DNA from: Negativicutes bacterium
GTDB taxonomy: Bacteria; Bacillota; Negativicutes; UBA1444
Direction: 5' to 3'
Assembly (NCBI GenBank): GCA_963665275.2
Contig: CAXXIN010000016.1
Coordinates: 256,001 to 320,000 of the forward strand
Length of the DNA: 64,000 bases
A program made the position numbers and the translations under genes. The notes beneath the pieces are model-generated. The model made no database searches. It was not told the DNA's origin and saw only the letters and a list, made by a program, of their open reading frames with translations. Positions 17,535 to 27,050 of the stretch are shown here, piece after piece. Position 1 is the stretch's first letter, and each line of letters opens with the position of its first letter.

Positions 17535-18465
17535 TTATTTATATTGAGATCGAATTCGCGGATTGACATACGCATACAGCAAATCGACGATGAGGTTAAT
17601 CACACAGAATGCAATGGCAATGACCAAAACTCCCCCTTGAACGATGGGGAAGTCCCGCATTTTTATCGCTTCGACCATTAACCTCCCCAGCCCCGGAATC
17701 GAAAAAATCGTTTCCGTCAGAACCGCGCCACCTAACAAGCTGCCGAATTGAAGGCCGACCACCGTGATGATAGGGACCAGTGCATTGCCTAACGCATGCC
17801 GCAGAATGATGACCGACTCGGTCTGCCCTTTGGCGCGGACCGTTCGGATATAGTCCTGCCGAATCACTTCCAGCATGCTGGACCGGGTCATTCTCGCAAT
17901 AATCGCCGTCGATAGACCGCCGAGAGCGATCATGGGCATGATCATTTGATCGATGCGGTCATAACCGGAAGCAGGCAACCAATTGAGCTGAACTGTAAAG
18001 AGTAGAATGAGCAATAGGCCCAGCCAGAAAATCGGCATGGAAGTTCCGATAAGCGCCAGAATCATCGCCACAGTATCAATGAGCGAATACGGTTTAATTG
18101 CAGAGATGATGCCGGCGGGAATCCCGATGACCATGGAGAAAATCACAGCCGTTGGTCGCCAATTTCATCGTGATGAAGAAGGCAGGGATTATTTCATTGA
18201 GAACCGGGCTGTTGCTGATATACGAACGTCCGATGTCTTGAAAAAGAATCAGGTTTTTCAAGAAAGTCGCGTATTGCACGATAAAGGGTTGATCCAATCC
18301 CATTTCCTGCCGCAATAGCAGGACTTGATCCGGGCTGGCCTGCGTACCCAAAATCAAGGCGGCAGGATCGCCTGGCGTCAGATAAAGCATGGTAAAAACG
18401 ATGAAAGTGACTCCCAAGATAACGGGTACTAAAAAAAGAATGCGGCGAAAAACATATTTTAGCAT
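17535..18465 (-). pseudogene. Oligopeptide ABC transporter permease (OppB/DppB) with a +1 frameshift near 18152
   Basis: N-half MLKYVFRR...PGDPA...GLDQP and C-half ...RMTRSSMLEV...DYIRTVRAKG lie in different frames; deleting one base gives ...MKLATTAVIFSMVIG... Confidence 0.85.
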
Positions 18466-18548
18466 TAGTACCTCCAAAACATACCTAACTCACTTGCAAG
18501 AACTAAGGGGCATAGCTTGGCTACACCCCTTGGTCAATCAGATTAATA

Positions 18549-20111
18549 TTATTCGAATGAGACGTTAAACAAATTGTGGACAGCACCGGGGCTGGCTTTA
18601 AAGCCTTTGACGTTCTTTTTGGCTCCGATCACCTGTTCGCCGTTCAAAAGGGGTAGGTAGGGAAGATCAGCCATGATAATCTGCTGAATTTCCTGATAAG
18701 CTTGTTTTTTTGCATCTCCGTCATCCATTGCTTTGGCCTTAACGATGAGCGCATCAACTTTGGGGTTGGAATAGAACGCTCTGTTTCCGGCTGCACCGAG
18801 GTTCTTGGAGTTGAATAGGGGGTCCAGGATTTGATCAGGGTCGTTGATCGAGACGGTCCAACTCATCAGGAACATGGAGTGTTCCCCTTTGCCGGTCTTC
18901 TCGAAATAAGCGCCCCATTCAAACACTTTGATCTCAATTTCAACGCCGACTTCTTTTAACATGTTCTGCATGATCTGCGCCATATCAATTCTTTCTTTGC
19001 GGTCATTGGTCCAGATTTCGAGTTTCAAGCCACTGGCATAGCCGGCTTCTTTCAAGAGCTGCCGTGCTTTTTCCGGATTGTATTCGTGCTGTTTCAGTGA
19101 ATTATCGGCATAAATCAAGTTGGGGGCGACCATTCCTGTCGCTGGTTTACCGACTCCGCGCCACGCAGATTCGACGACCGACTTGGTATCGATTGCATAG
19201 GAGAAGGCCTGCCGAACCCGGATGTCATCAAAAGGTTTTTTACCGGCGTTAAAGCCCATGTATGTCACAGAGTTGTCGATTACGCGGAAAAGTTGCAGAC
19301 CTTTATTATCTTCAACTCGTTTCACGTCATTGGTAGTAACATCCAGGGCGATGTCGACGCCACCGCTCTCCAGTTCAATCACCCGATTGGTTCCTTCGGG
19401 AATGATCCGAATGACAACGTCCTTAATTTTGCTTTTTTCGCCGTAATAATCATCAAAGCGAGTCAACGCGATTTGGTTGCCTCTCTTCCAGCTGACAAAC
19501 TTGTACTTGCCGGTTCCAACCGGATTTTGCCCATAGTCTTTGCCGGCACTTTTCACGGCTTTCTCATTTAACATCGACAAATTATCGGCGGAAAGAACCG
19601 CCAAAAATCCTGGATAGGGAGTTTTCAATTTGATGATAATGGTATAATCATCCACCACTTTGATGCCGCCGACATCGATATTGCTGACCAGCGAGCCAAT
19701 GGAAGCGCCCGCAGGCGTAACGGCGCGCTCGAAGGTGAACTTCACATCGCTGGCTTTGAATATTTCCCCGTTGTGGAATTTGACGCCTTTTCTCAGTTTA
19801 AACTCATAAGTCAAATCATCAATTTTTTTGTAAGACTCTGCCAATGCTGGTACAATTTTGTTACTTGCTTCATCCATTACCAGTAACGTATTGTAGATTT
19901 GGCGATTAATCTGGTTGGAAAAAATATCCCGGCTTCCCTGCGGGTCTAGACTTTTGGCATCCGATCCCATCGCTACTGTAAGGATGTCCTTTGTTTTCGC
20001 AGCGTCCGGCTTGCTCCCGGACCCCCCGCAACCGGCGATGACAGCCGCACTTACTACCAGCAAGATGATGAACAAACAAGCCCTGATGATTTTACCCATT
20101 CTTCCCAACAA
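18549..20111 (-). CDS. Family-5 solute-binding lipoprotein (DppA/GsiB-like)
   Basis: Lipobox IAGC; SLDP, LAESY, LRKGVKFHNG, PVGTG, VRQA; start may be ATG at 20099. Confidence 0.92.
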   Translation of the reverse strand: MLGRMGKIIRACLFIILLVVSAAVIAGCGGSGSKPDAAKTKDILTVAMGSDAKSLDPQGSRDIFSNQINRQIYNTLLVMDEASNKIVPALAESYKKIDDLTYEFKLRKGVKFHNGEIFKASDVKFTFERAVTPAGASIGSLVSNIDVGGIKVVDDYTIIIKLKTPYPGFLAVLSADNLSMLNEKAVKSAGKDYGQNPVGTGKYKFVSWKRGNQIALTRFDDYYGEKSKIKDVVIRIIPEGTNRVIELESGGVDIALDVTTNDVKRVEDNKGLQLFRVIDNSVTYMGFNAGKKPFDDIRVRQAFSYAIDTKSVVESAWRGVGKPATGMVAPNLIYADNSLKQHEYNPEKARQLLKEAGYASGLKLEIWTNDRKERIDMAQIMQNMLKEVGVEIEIKVFEWGAYFEKTGKGEHSMFLMSWTVSINDPDQILDPLFNSKNLGAAGNRAFYSNPKVDALIVKAKAMDDGDAKKQAYQEIQQIIMADLPYLPLLNGEQVIGAKKNVKGFKASPGAVHNLFNVSFE

Positions 20112-20185
20112 CTCCCCTTCTATATTTCAATGGCAATAACACACAAACGGGATAAAACTGAAGCAAAGTGCACACATAAATAAGT

Positions 20186-20344
20186 AAAAAAATGAAGCCA
20201 TACGCATTAAAATGCGATGGCTTCGTGCCACCAAAACTCATGCGAAAAAAGAAAGTCATTCTCCTGAAAGAGGTTGATTTTTCTGGTAGCATGGAGTGTA
20301 GTGAATTATGACTGATTTTAGCAAAATCACCCGGCGAATGTCAA
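20186..20344 (-). promoter_or_regulatory. Promoter plus leader with intrinsic terminator (attenuator) upstream of the dpp operon
   Basis: TTGACA-18-TAAAAT with TG extension; leader hairpin GAAGCCAT-CGCAT-ttta-ATGCG-t-ATGGCTTC followed by ATTTTTTT. Confidence 0.65.
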
Positions 20345-20435
20345 TACGCCGGATCCTTGCGAGCGCTTGCTGTTGTCAGGATGCATCGGTATAGTATAAT
20401 GTAGTGCCATTATAAAAAGGATGAGGGGTAACCGA

Positions 20436-22055
20436 ATGCCAGGCAATGAAACAACCCATAACGCACCGGAGAAATCAGGGCGGCGGTTTCTGCAAGGGGC
20501 GTTGATTCTGACTATCGCCGGTGTGGTAGTGAAAATCATCGGCAGCTTGAACTGGATATTTTTGTCATGGATTCTCGGCGGGGAAGGCATCGGCATCTAT
20601 CAGATCGCTTTTCCGCTTTATTTATTGGCGCTGAGCCTATCGGAAGCGGGGATTCCGGTCGCGGTGTCGATCCTCACGGCGGAGCGGGCCGCGCGACGCG
20701 ATTTTCGGGGCGCAACGAGGGTGTTCCACCTATCTTTTCTGCTGTTGGCAGTTACCGGTCTTGTGCTGAGCCTTTTGCTGTATTTCGGGGCGGATTGGCT
20801 GATCGATCACCGGGTGATTCGGGATGCCCGGGCCTATTACTCGATTATCGCGCTGACGCCGGCGATTTTCCTGGTGACAGTGCTGTCTAGTTTCCGTGGT
20901 TACTTGCAGGGTTGGCAGATGATGACGCCGACGGCGGTCTCGCAAATCGTCGAACAAATGTTGCGCGTTTTCACCATGCTGTTGTTTGCCCATCTGCTAT
21001 TGCCGCGCGGCCTGGAGTTCGCAGCCGGCGGAGCCAGTCTGGGTGCGGCGGTCGGTGCGGTGGGGGCTTTGCTCGTGCTGATCTGGTATTACTACCGGCT
21101 GCAGCGCAAGCTGCAACCGGAAATGCAGACTCAACAGGAGCTTCAGAGCCAGGAAGGCAGTTTGCCTCTGCTGCGCCGCATTGCATCCCTCGCGCTGCCT
21201 GTTGCCTTGTCCAGCCTGATGCTGCCGGTAGTGGCCAACCTGGACCTGTTCATTGTGCCGCTGCGGCTCGAAGTGGCAGGCTTCACGGTGGGACAGGCTA
21301 CAGAGCGGTTCGGTTATCTCACGGGGATGGCTGTGCCGCTGGTCAATCTGGCGACCATCGTAACGGCATCGCTCGCCGTCAGCCTGGTACCCGCAATTTC
21401 GCAGGCCAAATCACTGGGTCAGCTGCAGGAAGTCGCTTACCGCACAGCGGGAGCGATGCGCCTGGCGAACATCACGACGATCCCGCTCAGTGTAATGCTG
21501 TGGATCATGGCGGAACCCGTCGTTACGATGATCTACCATGCGCCGGGGGCTGCCGGGGTTACCAAAGTAATGGCTTTCTCCATTTTTCTGCTCGGATTGC
21601 ACCAAGTTACGACCGGTGTACTGCAGGGAATGGGACGTACCAGTATCCCGGTCATCAACATGGGATTGGCTGCTGGAGTAAAAGTGGTCCTGAACTGGGT
21701 GCTGACGGCGATTCCCAGTCTCGGAATCCAGGGCGCCGCACTGGCGACGCTAGCAGATCTGGGATTGGCCGCTGCTCTGAACTTGTATTTTGTGTATCGT
21801 TATACCGGCTATTTCTTTGACTGCGGCGATCTGATGAAAAACATCGTTTCGGCTGCAGTAATGGGAGCGGTGATGCACTTCGGCTATCCTCCGGTGATGG
21901 ACTTGCTGGATAATCGATTTTTGGCGGTAGGTTTCGTTTCGTTGGTAGGAGCCTTCACTTACTTGGGCGTGATGATCCTGACAGGTGGCTTGAACCGGAG
22001 GGATTTGGCGCGGATTCCCGTGATCGGACCGAGAGTGTTCAAAGAAGTGGCGTAA
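20436..22055 (+). CDS. SpoVB/MurJ-like MOP flippase (polysaccharide biosynthesis protein)
   Basis: FLQGALIL...GEGIGIYQ..P...GIPVAVS, RGYLQG..M.PTAVSQIVEQ; about 14 TM segments. Confidence 0.9.
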   Translation: MPGNETTHNAPEKSGRRFLQGALILTIAGVVVKIIGSLNWIFLSWILGGEGIGIYQIAFPLYLLALSLSEAGIPVAVSILTAERAARRDFRGATRVFHLSFLLLAVTGLVLSLLLYFGADWLIDHRVIRDARAYYSIIALTPAIFLVTVLSSFRGYLQGWQMMTPTAVSQIVEQMLRVFTMLLFAHLLLPRGLEFAAGGASLGAAVGAVGALLVLIWYYYRLQRKLQPEMQTQQELQSQEGSLPLLRRIASLALPVALSSLMLPVVANLDLFIVPLRLEVAGFTVGQATERFGYLTGMAVPLVNLATIVTASLAVSLVPAISQAKSLGQLQEVAYRTAGAMRLANITTIPLSVMLWIMAEPVVTMIYHAPGAAGVTKVMAFSIFLLGLHQVTTGVLQGMGRTSIPVINMGLAAGVKVVLNWVLTAIPSLGIQGAALATLADLGLAAALNLYFVYRYTGYFFDCGDLMKNIVSAAVMGAVMHFGYPPVMDLLDNRFLAVGFVSLVGAFTYLGVMILTGGLNRRDLARIPVIGPRVFKEVA

Positions 22056-22084
22056 AAAGCGCTGTACTATTTGGACTATTTGAG

Positions 22085-23290
22085 CTACATCGATTCAAGC
22101 AGTTGCCGCGCAGCTGCGAGAACACCCTCGGCGTCCGCCGTGGGCGCACCTCCCTGCGCTTGGGTTGCAGTGCCGCCTCCCTTGCCGCCGAAGGGAGCGA
22201 AGCTTTTTTTCATCAGCTCGTTCATGGCGACTGTTGCATCCGGCGCGGCCGCGAATATGAAAGCAGTGCGCTCGCCGGTCCCGTCCGCCGCGGCCAGCAG
22301 GCAGATGCTGCCGGAAACCGCAGTGATGCGTAGAGCGAAATCCTGCAGGTCGGCCGTTCCGTAACCGGAAAACACGCGGGATATGATTCGCCTGGGACCT
22401 AGCGGTGTTGCTTCGGACAGCAGTCTCGCCGCCAGTTCCTCATGATAGGCTTTGCGGGCGACGCTCAGCTCTCGTTGGAGGGCTTCCTGTTTTTCGAGAT
22501 TTTTTTCGAATGCGCGTAGCGCCGCGTCGACCGGAGTAGAAAAACGAGTGGCCAGCGCCCGGGAAATTTCGTGTTTCAGCCGATAATCTTCCAGTGCTCT
22601 AGCGCCGCAGACGAATTCCACGCGGATATTGTTCTTGCGTTTTTCCCAGCCGCGAATTTTGAGCAGCCCCACTTCGCCGGTATGGCTGGCGTGGGTGCCG
22701 CCGCAGGGGCAGCAATCGCAGTTCGCGATGGAAACCAGCCGAATTTGTTCGAATTCCGGACCGGGCTCCTTGCGCATGGAGTAGGCGCTGAGTTCGGCAT
22801 TTTCAACGAATTTCGCGTCAATCAGACGATTCTCGAAAATGACGGCATTGGCGGCTGTTTCGACCGCATAGGCCTGCTCTGTCGAGAAGGCAGGTAGCGT
22901 TACGTCGATCTGGCAGGTGGCGGCTGTGAGGTGGAATCCGACATTTTCCGCCTGAAAATTGGACAGGAAAATGCCTGAGAGAATATGCTCTCCGGTATGT
23001 TGCTGCATGTGGTCAAAGCGCCGCTGCCAGTCGATCCGCCCCGTTACCGGTCCGTCGCCGGGGTCGCCGGCAGTGGTGTGGATAATTTCGCCGTCCCGCA
23101 TCTGGACACTGAGGACTGCTGTTTCGCTCAGAGTCCCGGTGTCACAGGGTTGACCGCCGCCTTCCGGATAGAAGGCGGTACGGTCCAGCACGATCGCATA
23201 TTGACCGCCAGACTGCGGTGTTTTGCTGAGGATGTTCGCTGTAAATTCCCGCAGATAGGCGTCCTGGTAATATAATTTTTCAGTCTGCAC
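22085..23290 (-). CDS. AlaX-L-type alanyl-tRNA editing protein with DHHA1 domain
   Basis: FYPEGGGQP, HMQQHTGEH, CGGTH, GGKGGG. Confidence 0.9.
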   Translation of the reverse strand: MQTEKLYYQDAYLREFTANILSKTPQSGGQYAIVLDRTAFYPEGGGQPCDTGTLSETAVLSVQMRDGEIIHTTAGDPGDGPVTGRIDWQRRFDHMQQHTGEHILSGIFLSNFQAENVGFHLTAATCQIDVTLPAFSTEQAYAVETAANAVIFENRLIDAKFVENAELSAYSMRKEPGPEFEQIRLVSIANCDCCPCGGTHASHTGEVGLLKIRGWEKRKNNIRVEFVCGARALEDYRLKHEISRALATRFSTPVDAALRAFEKNLEKQEALQRELSVARKAYHEELAARLLSEATPLGPRRIISRVFSGYGTADLQDFALRITAVSGSICLLAAADGTGERTAFIFAAAPDATVAMNELMKKSFAPFGGKGGGTATQAQGGAPTADAEGVLAAARQLLESM

Positions 23291-23314
23291 AGATGTTTCC
23301 CTTGCCTTTCGCTG

Positions 23315-23812
23315 TTATTCGATCCAGGTGGACAGGATCTGGCCGAAGTACATCGTGTGATAGTCGCCGCTGGCATAGCAAGCGCTGTTCAAAGCGCCAT
23401 CTAGTGCAGGCGGGTTCATCGGTTGCTTGTACACTACCTTGCACTCGTAATGCAGACCGGCTCCGCCAATCACCGGAGTGGCGATTTTGAGTCCGGGCAG
23501 TTTCACCAGCCCGGCAGCGGCGAACTTATCGAGGTCGCGACCGGACTTGCTGCCGCAGATGCCAAGCGCCTTGCCCATGTCGGTGCGTGGAACGCTGACG
23601 GTGAATTCGCCGCTGGCCTCCAGCAGACCATAGGTGAAACGGGAGGGGCGAACCAGTACGCTGAAGATTGGCTGACTCCAGATGACACCGAGGGTTCCCC
23701 AACCGATGGTCATCGTATTGTCGCGACCGCCATGGCTAACAGTGAGAAAAGCCCCTTTGGGCAAAGTTTGAATGACTTGCGGCGCGTATTGATCAAAGGC
23801 TATTTCTTTCAT
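23315..23812 (-). CDS. Flavin reductase family protein (flavoredoxin-like)
   Basis: NTMTIGWG, VRPSRFT, CGSKSGRDLDK, DYHTMYFG. Confidence 0.88.
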   Translation of the reverse strand: MKEIAFDQYAPQVIQTLPKGAFLTVSHGGRDNTMTIGWGTLGVIWSQPIFSVLVRPSRFTYGLLEASGEFTVSVPRTDMGKALGICGSKSGRDLDKFAAAGLVKLPGLKIATPVIGGAGLHYECKVVYKQPMNPPALDGALNSACYASGDYHTMYFGQILSTWIE

Positions 23813-23977
23813 GCTGAAAACCTCCTAGAATTAATAATATCTGTATTGGCTTTTTTTGTGCAAAATCCTTGTTTGAATTGACTGCGAACATTTCAAGGCG
23901 CCTGTCTGCAGGCGGAAACCTAAAAAAACGCGGTGCAGCCGGAAAAACAAGTCGTCTTGTGTCGTGCAAAAAGACAC

Positions 23978-24006
23978 TTGCATTATGCCAAAGCATACAG
24001 TATAAT
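23978..24006 (+). promoter_or_regulatory. SigmaA promoter of the ser operon
   Basis: TTGCAT-17 nt-TATAAT. Confidence 0.75.
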
Positions 24007-24024
24007 CAATTATAAATTTATTCA

Positions 24025-24255
24025 GTGCAACGCGATGAACGGGATACTGCTGGTTACAGGATTTCAGAGAGCCGCCGGTTGGTGTGAGGCGGTAATCCAG
24101 ACAGACAGGTCCACCCGTGAGCGGCCGGTGATGAATCAGGACGGGGGCCGCCCGATACAGCGGACAGAGTCGGCCGAACTTCGGCAACTTGGGTGGCACC
24201 GCGGGAGAACCTCTACCTCTCGTCCCTATTATTGGGACGGGAGGTTTTTATTTTT
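24025..24255 (+). ncRNA. T-box riboswitch, serine specifier UCC
   Basis: AGAGAG...GGTGTGA stem-I motifs, TCC at 24110-24112, T-box GGGTGGCACCGCG at 24191, terminator CCTCTCGTCCC-tattatt-GGGACGGGAGG plus T-run. Confidence 0.92.
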
Positions 24256-24284
24256 ACCGCAAAATATGAATTGGAGTGATGATG

Positions 24285-25382
24285 ATGTCAACAACGGCAA
24301 AACGGGCGTACAATTTCAATGCCGGCCCTTCTGCATTGCCCTTGGCGGCATTACAGAAAGCGCAGGCGGAACTGTTGGATTTCCAGGGCGCTGGCATGTC
24401 CATCCTGGAGATGAGCCACCGCGGCAAGGAATATGAAGCGGTGCACAATCAGGCGATCGCACTGCTGCGTGAGCTGCTGGCGATTCCCGAAGACTATGAA
24501 GTGCTGTTCCTTCAGGGCGGCGCCAGCCTGCAGTTCGCGATGGTCCCGATGAATTTTCTCCCGGCGGGAAAACGTGCTGCGTATGTGATGACCGGCGTTT
24601 GGTCGGAAAAAGCCTACGCCGAGGCAAAACAACTGGGTGAAGTCTACGAAGCGGCCAGCAGCAAGAGCGACAAGCACAACCGCATTCCCTCATTCGATGA
24701 ACTGAAGGTTGACGCGGATGCGGCCTATCTGCATATTACTTCCAACAATACAATATACGGAACGCAGTGGCGGGACTTCCCCGATACCGGCGCTGTCCCG
24801 CTGATCGCCGATATGTCGAGCGATATTCTCTCCCGGCCTTTTGATGTCAGCAAGTTCAGTCTGATCTATGCCGGAGCGCAGAAGAACCTCGGACCGGCGG
24901 GTGTCACCGTCGTCATCATTAAACGCGATTTCCTGGCCACCGCGAACCCCAACATTCCGACGATGCTCCGCTACGGCACGTTCGCCAAGGAAAACTCGCT
25001 CTACAACACGCCGCCCACCTTCGGCATCTACCTGATGGGTCTCGTGCTGGAATGGATCAAGGAACAGGGCGGATTGGCGGCAATCACCCGGCGTAATGAA
25101 GAAAAAGCAGCCCTGATCTATGATGTCATCGATGCGAGCAATGGTTTCTACAAAGGCCATGCCGTTCCGGCAGATCGTTCGCGTATGAATATCACCTTCC
25201 GTCTGGCAAATGAGGAACTGGAAAAGAAATTCCTGGCAGAGGCGAAGCAGGCTGGCTTCGTGGGGCTTGCGGGCCATCGTTCGGTCGGCGGCTGTCGCGC
25301 TTCGGCTTATAATGCGGTGCCGGTGGAAGCCTGCCGGGCATTGAAGGACCTGATGCTGAAATTCCAGCAAGCAAATAGCTGA
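24285..25382 (+). CDS. serC: Phosphoserine aminotransferase
   Basis: YNFNAGPS, EMSHR, DMSSD, AGAQKNLGP, GHRSVGG. Confidence 0.96.
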   Translation: MSTTAKRAYNFNAGPSALPLAALQKAQAELLDFQGAGMSILEMSHRGKEYEAVHNQAIALLRELLAIPEDYEVLFLQGGASLQFAMVPMNFLPAGKRAAYVMTGVWSEKAYAEAKQLGEVYEAASSKSDKHNRIPSFDELKVDADAAYLHITSNNTIYGTQWRDFPDTGAVPLIADMSSDILSRPFDVSKFSLIYAGAQKNLGPAGVTVVIIKRDFLATANPNIPTMLRYGTFAKENSLYNTPPTFGIYLMGLVLEWIKEQGGLAAITRRNEEKAALIYDVIDASNGFYKGHAVPADRSRMNITFRLANEELEKKFLAEAKQAGFVGLAGHRSVGGCRASAYNAVPVEACRALKDLMLKFQQANS

Positions 25383-25428
25383 GTTGGCGCATAATAAACG
25401 AAATGATAATTTTGGAGGGAAAGACAAC

Positions 25429-27021
25429 ATGCCGAAGATACTCGTAAGCGATCCCGTGGCAAAAGCCGGGGTCGAGATTCTACAAAAGGTATATCCTGTC
25501 GATAGCCGGCAAAAATTGACCCCGGAAGAACTCATCGCCATCATTCCTGAATATGACGCGCTGGTCGTTCGCAGCGAGACCAAGGTGACCAAGGAAGTCA
25601 TCGCGGCGGCGAAAAATTTGAAGGTCATCGGCCGGGCCGGCGTCGGTGTGGACAACATCGATGTGGAGGCAGCCACTCAACGCGGAATCATCGTACTGAA
25701 CGCGCCGGAAGGCAACACCATCGCGGCTACCGAACATACGATGGCGATGATGATGGCCCTGGCCCGTAATGTGCCGCAGGCATACGCTTCCTTGCAAAAT
25801 GGCCTGTGGGAGCGATCGAAATTCACCGGAGTGGAAGTCCGTGGCAAGACCTTGGGGATTCTCGGTTTGGGAAGGATCGGCAGCGGTGTCGCCAAGCGGG
25901 CGCTGGCGATGGAAATGAAAGTAGTGGTCTATGACCCATTCATCCGGGCGGAACAGGCCGAGGCGCTCGGCGTCGAAATCGCCGATCTGGACGAGATCTT
26001 TGCCCAGGCGGATTTCATCACCCTGCATTTGCCCTTGACCGCCGACACCAAGAAATTGCTCAACAAAACAGCTTTCGCCAAAATGAAAAAAGGCGTGCGT
26101 ATTATTAATGTAGCCCGTGGCGGCGTGATCGACGAAGCAGATCTGGCGGCAGCGATCGAGGAGGGGATCGTGGCAGGCGCGGCGATTGATGTATTTGAAA
26201 AAGAACCGGTCGATCCCAACAACCCGCTGCTGAAATCTCCCAAAGTCATTGCAACCCCTCATCTCGGCGCTTCCACGGCGGAAGCCCAGGTCGGCGTGGC
26301 GGTTGACGTGGCTCATGGAGTGCTGGCCGCCCTGCGGGGTGAACCGGTGACAACGGCTGTCAACATGGCGCCGATTCCGGCTCATGTAATGGAAGTCATT
26401 CGTCCTTTCTTCAACCTGGCGGAGCGGATGGGTTGTCTGTCGGCAACGCTGGCGAACGGCCGCATCCAGTCAATTGATGTGGAATTCGCCGGCAACATCA
26501 GCGAAGTCGACACCAAAATGCTGACTGTGGCCGTGATCAAAGGTGCGCTCAGCCCCTTCCTACAGGAGTCGGTCAACTACGTGAATGCGCCGGGCCTCGC
26601 CAAGAGCCGCGGCATCAAGATCAAGGAAGTCAAGATCAAGGAGACCGACAATTTTGCCAACCTGCTCAAGGTTCGGGTGGTGACCGACAAGGATTACTGC
26701 TGCGTGAAAGGCACGTTGTTCGGCAAAGAAGGCCGCATCGTCATGATCAACGATTACCGGGTCGACTTTGTGCCGCAAGGCTGGCTGATGATCGGACCGC
26801 ATATCGACCGTCCGGGTATTATCGGCAAGGTCGGCACGTTCCTCGGCGCCAGCGGAATCAATATTGCGAGCATGCAAGTGGGCCGTTCCGAGAAAGCGGG
26901 CAACCAGATGATGGTGCTGTCAGTGGAATCCGCTATTCCGCAGACTGTTTTGGAACAGCTCAAGTCGGTCGACGGCATTCTGGGCGCCACGATGGTAAAT
27001 TTCGAATCCCTGCGCATGTGA
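25429..27021 (+). CDS. serA: D-3-phosphoglycerate dehydrogenase (with ASB and ACT domains)
   Basis: RAGVGVDNID, GLGRIG, TPHLGAST, DRPGIIG. Confidence 0.96.
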   Translation: MPKILVSDPVAKAGVEILQKVYPVDSRQKLTPEELIAIIPEYDALVVRSETKVTKEVIAAAKNLKVIGRAGVGVDNIDVEAATQRGIIVLNAPEGNTIAATEHTMAMMMALARNVPQAYASLQNGLWERSKFTGVEVRGKTLGILGLGRIGSGVAKRALAMEMKVVVYDPFIRAEQAEALGVEIADLDEIFAQADFITLHLPLTADTKKLLNKTAFAKMKKGVRIINVARGGVIDEADLAAAIEEGIVAGAAIDVFEKEPVDPNNPLLKSPKVIATPHLGASTAEAQVGVAVDVAHGVLAALRGEPVTTAVNMAPIPAHVMEVIRPFFNLAERMGCLSATLANGRIQSIDVEFAGNISEVDTKMLTVAVIKGALSPFLQESVNYVNAPGLAKSRGIKIKEVKIKETDNFANLLKVRVVTDKDYCCVKGTLFGKEGRIVMINDYRVDFVPQGWLMIGPHIDRPGIIGKVGTFLGASGINIASMQVGRSEKAGNQMMVLSVESAIPQTVLEQLKSVDGILGATMVNFESLRM

Positions 27022-27050
27022 TTTCGCGCAGCACTGAGGAGTAGATAACG

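Noticed and set aside
20225-20235. GGTGGCAC upstream of dppA as a T-box
   Set aside because: Lacks the ACCGCG continuation and stem-I motifs; reported instead as an unknown attenuator.
20912-21820. 302-aa alternative-frame ORF inside the SpoVB-like gene
   Set aside because: Low-complexity Ala/Gly/Arg translation typical of off-frame GC-rich DNA.
23933-24436. 167-aa ORF upstream of serC; likewise the N-terminal extension of ORF 12549-13352
   Set aside because: They overlap the T-box and the yybP-ykoY expression platform respectively; non-coding leaders.
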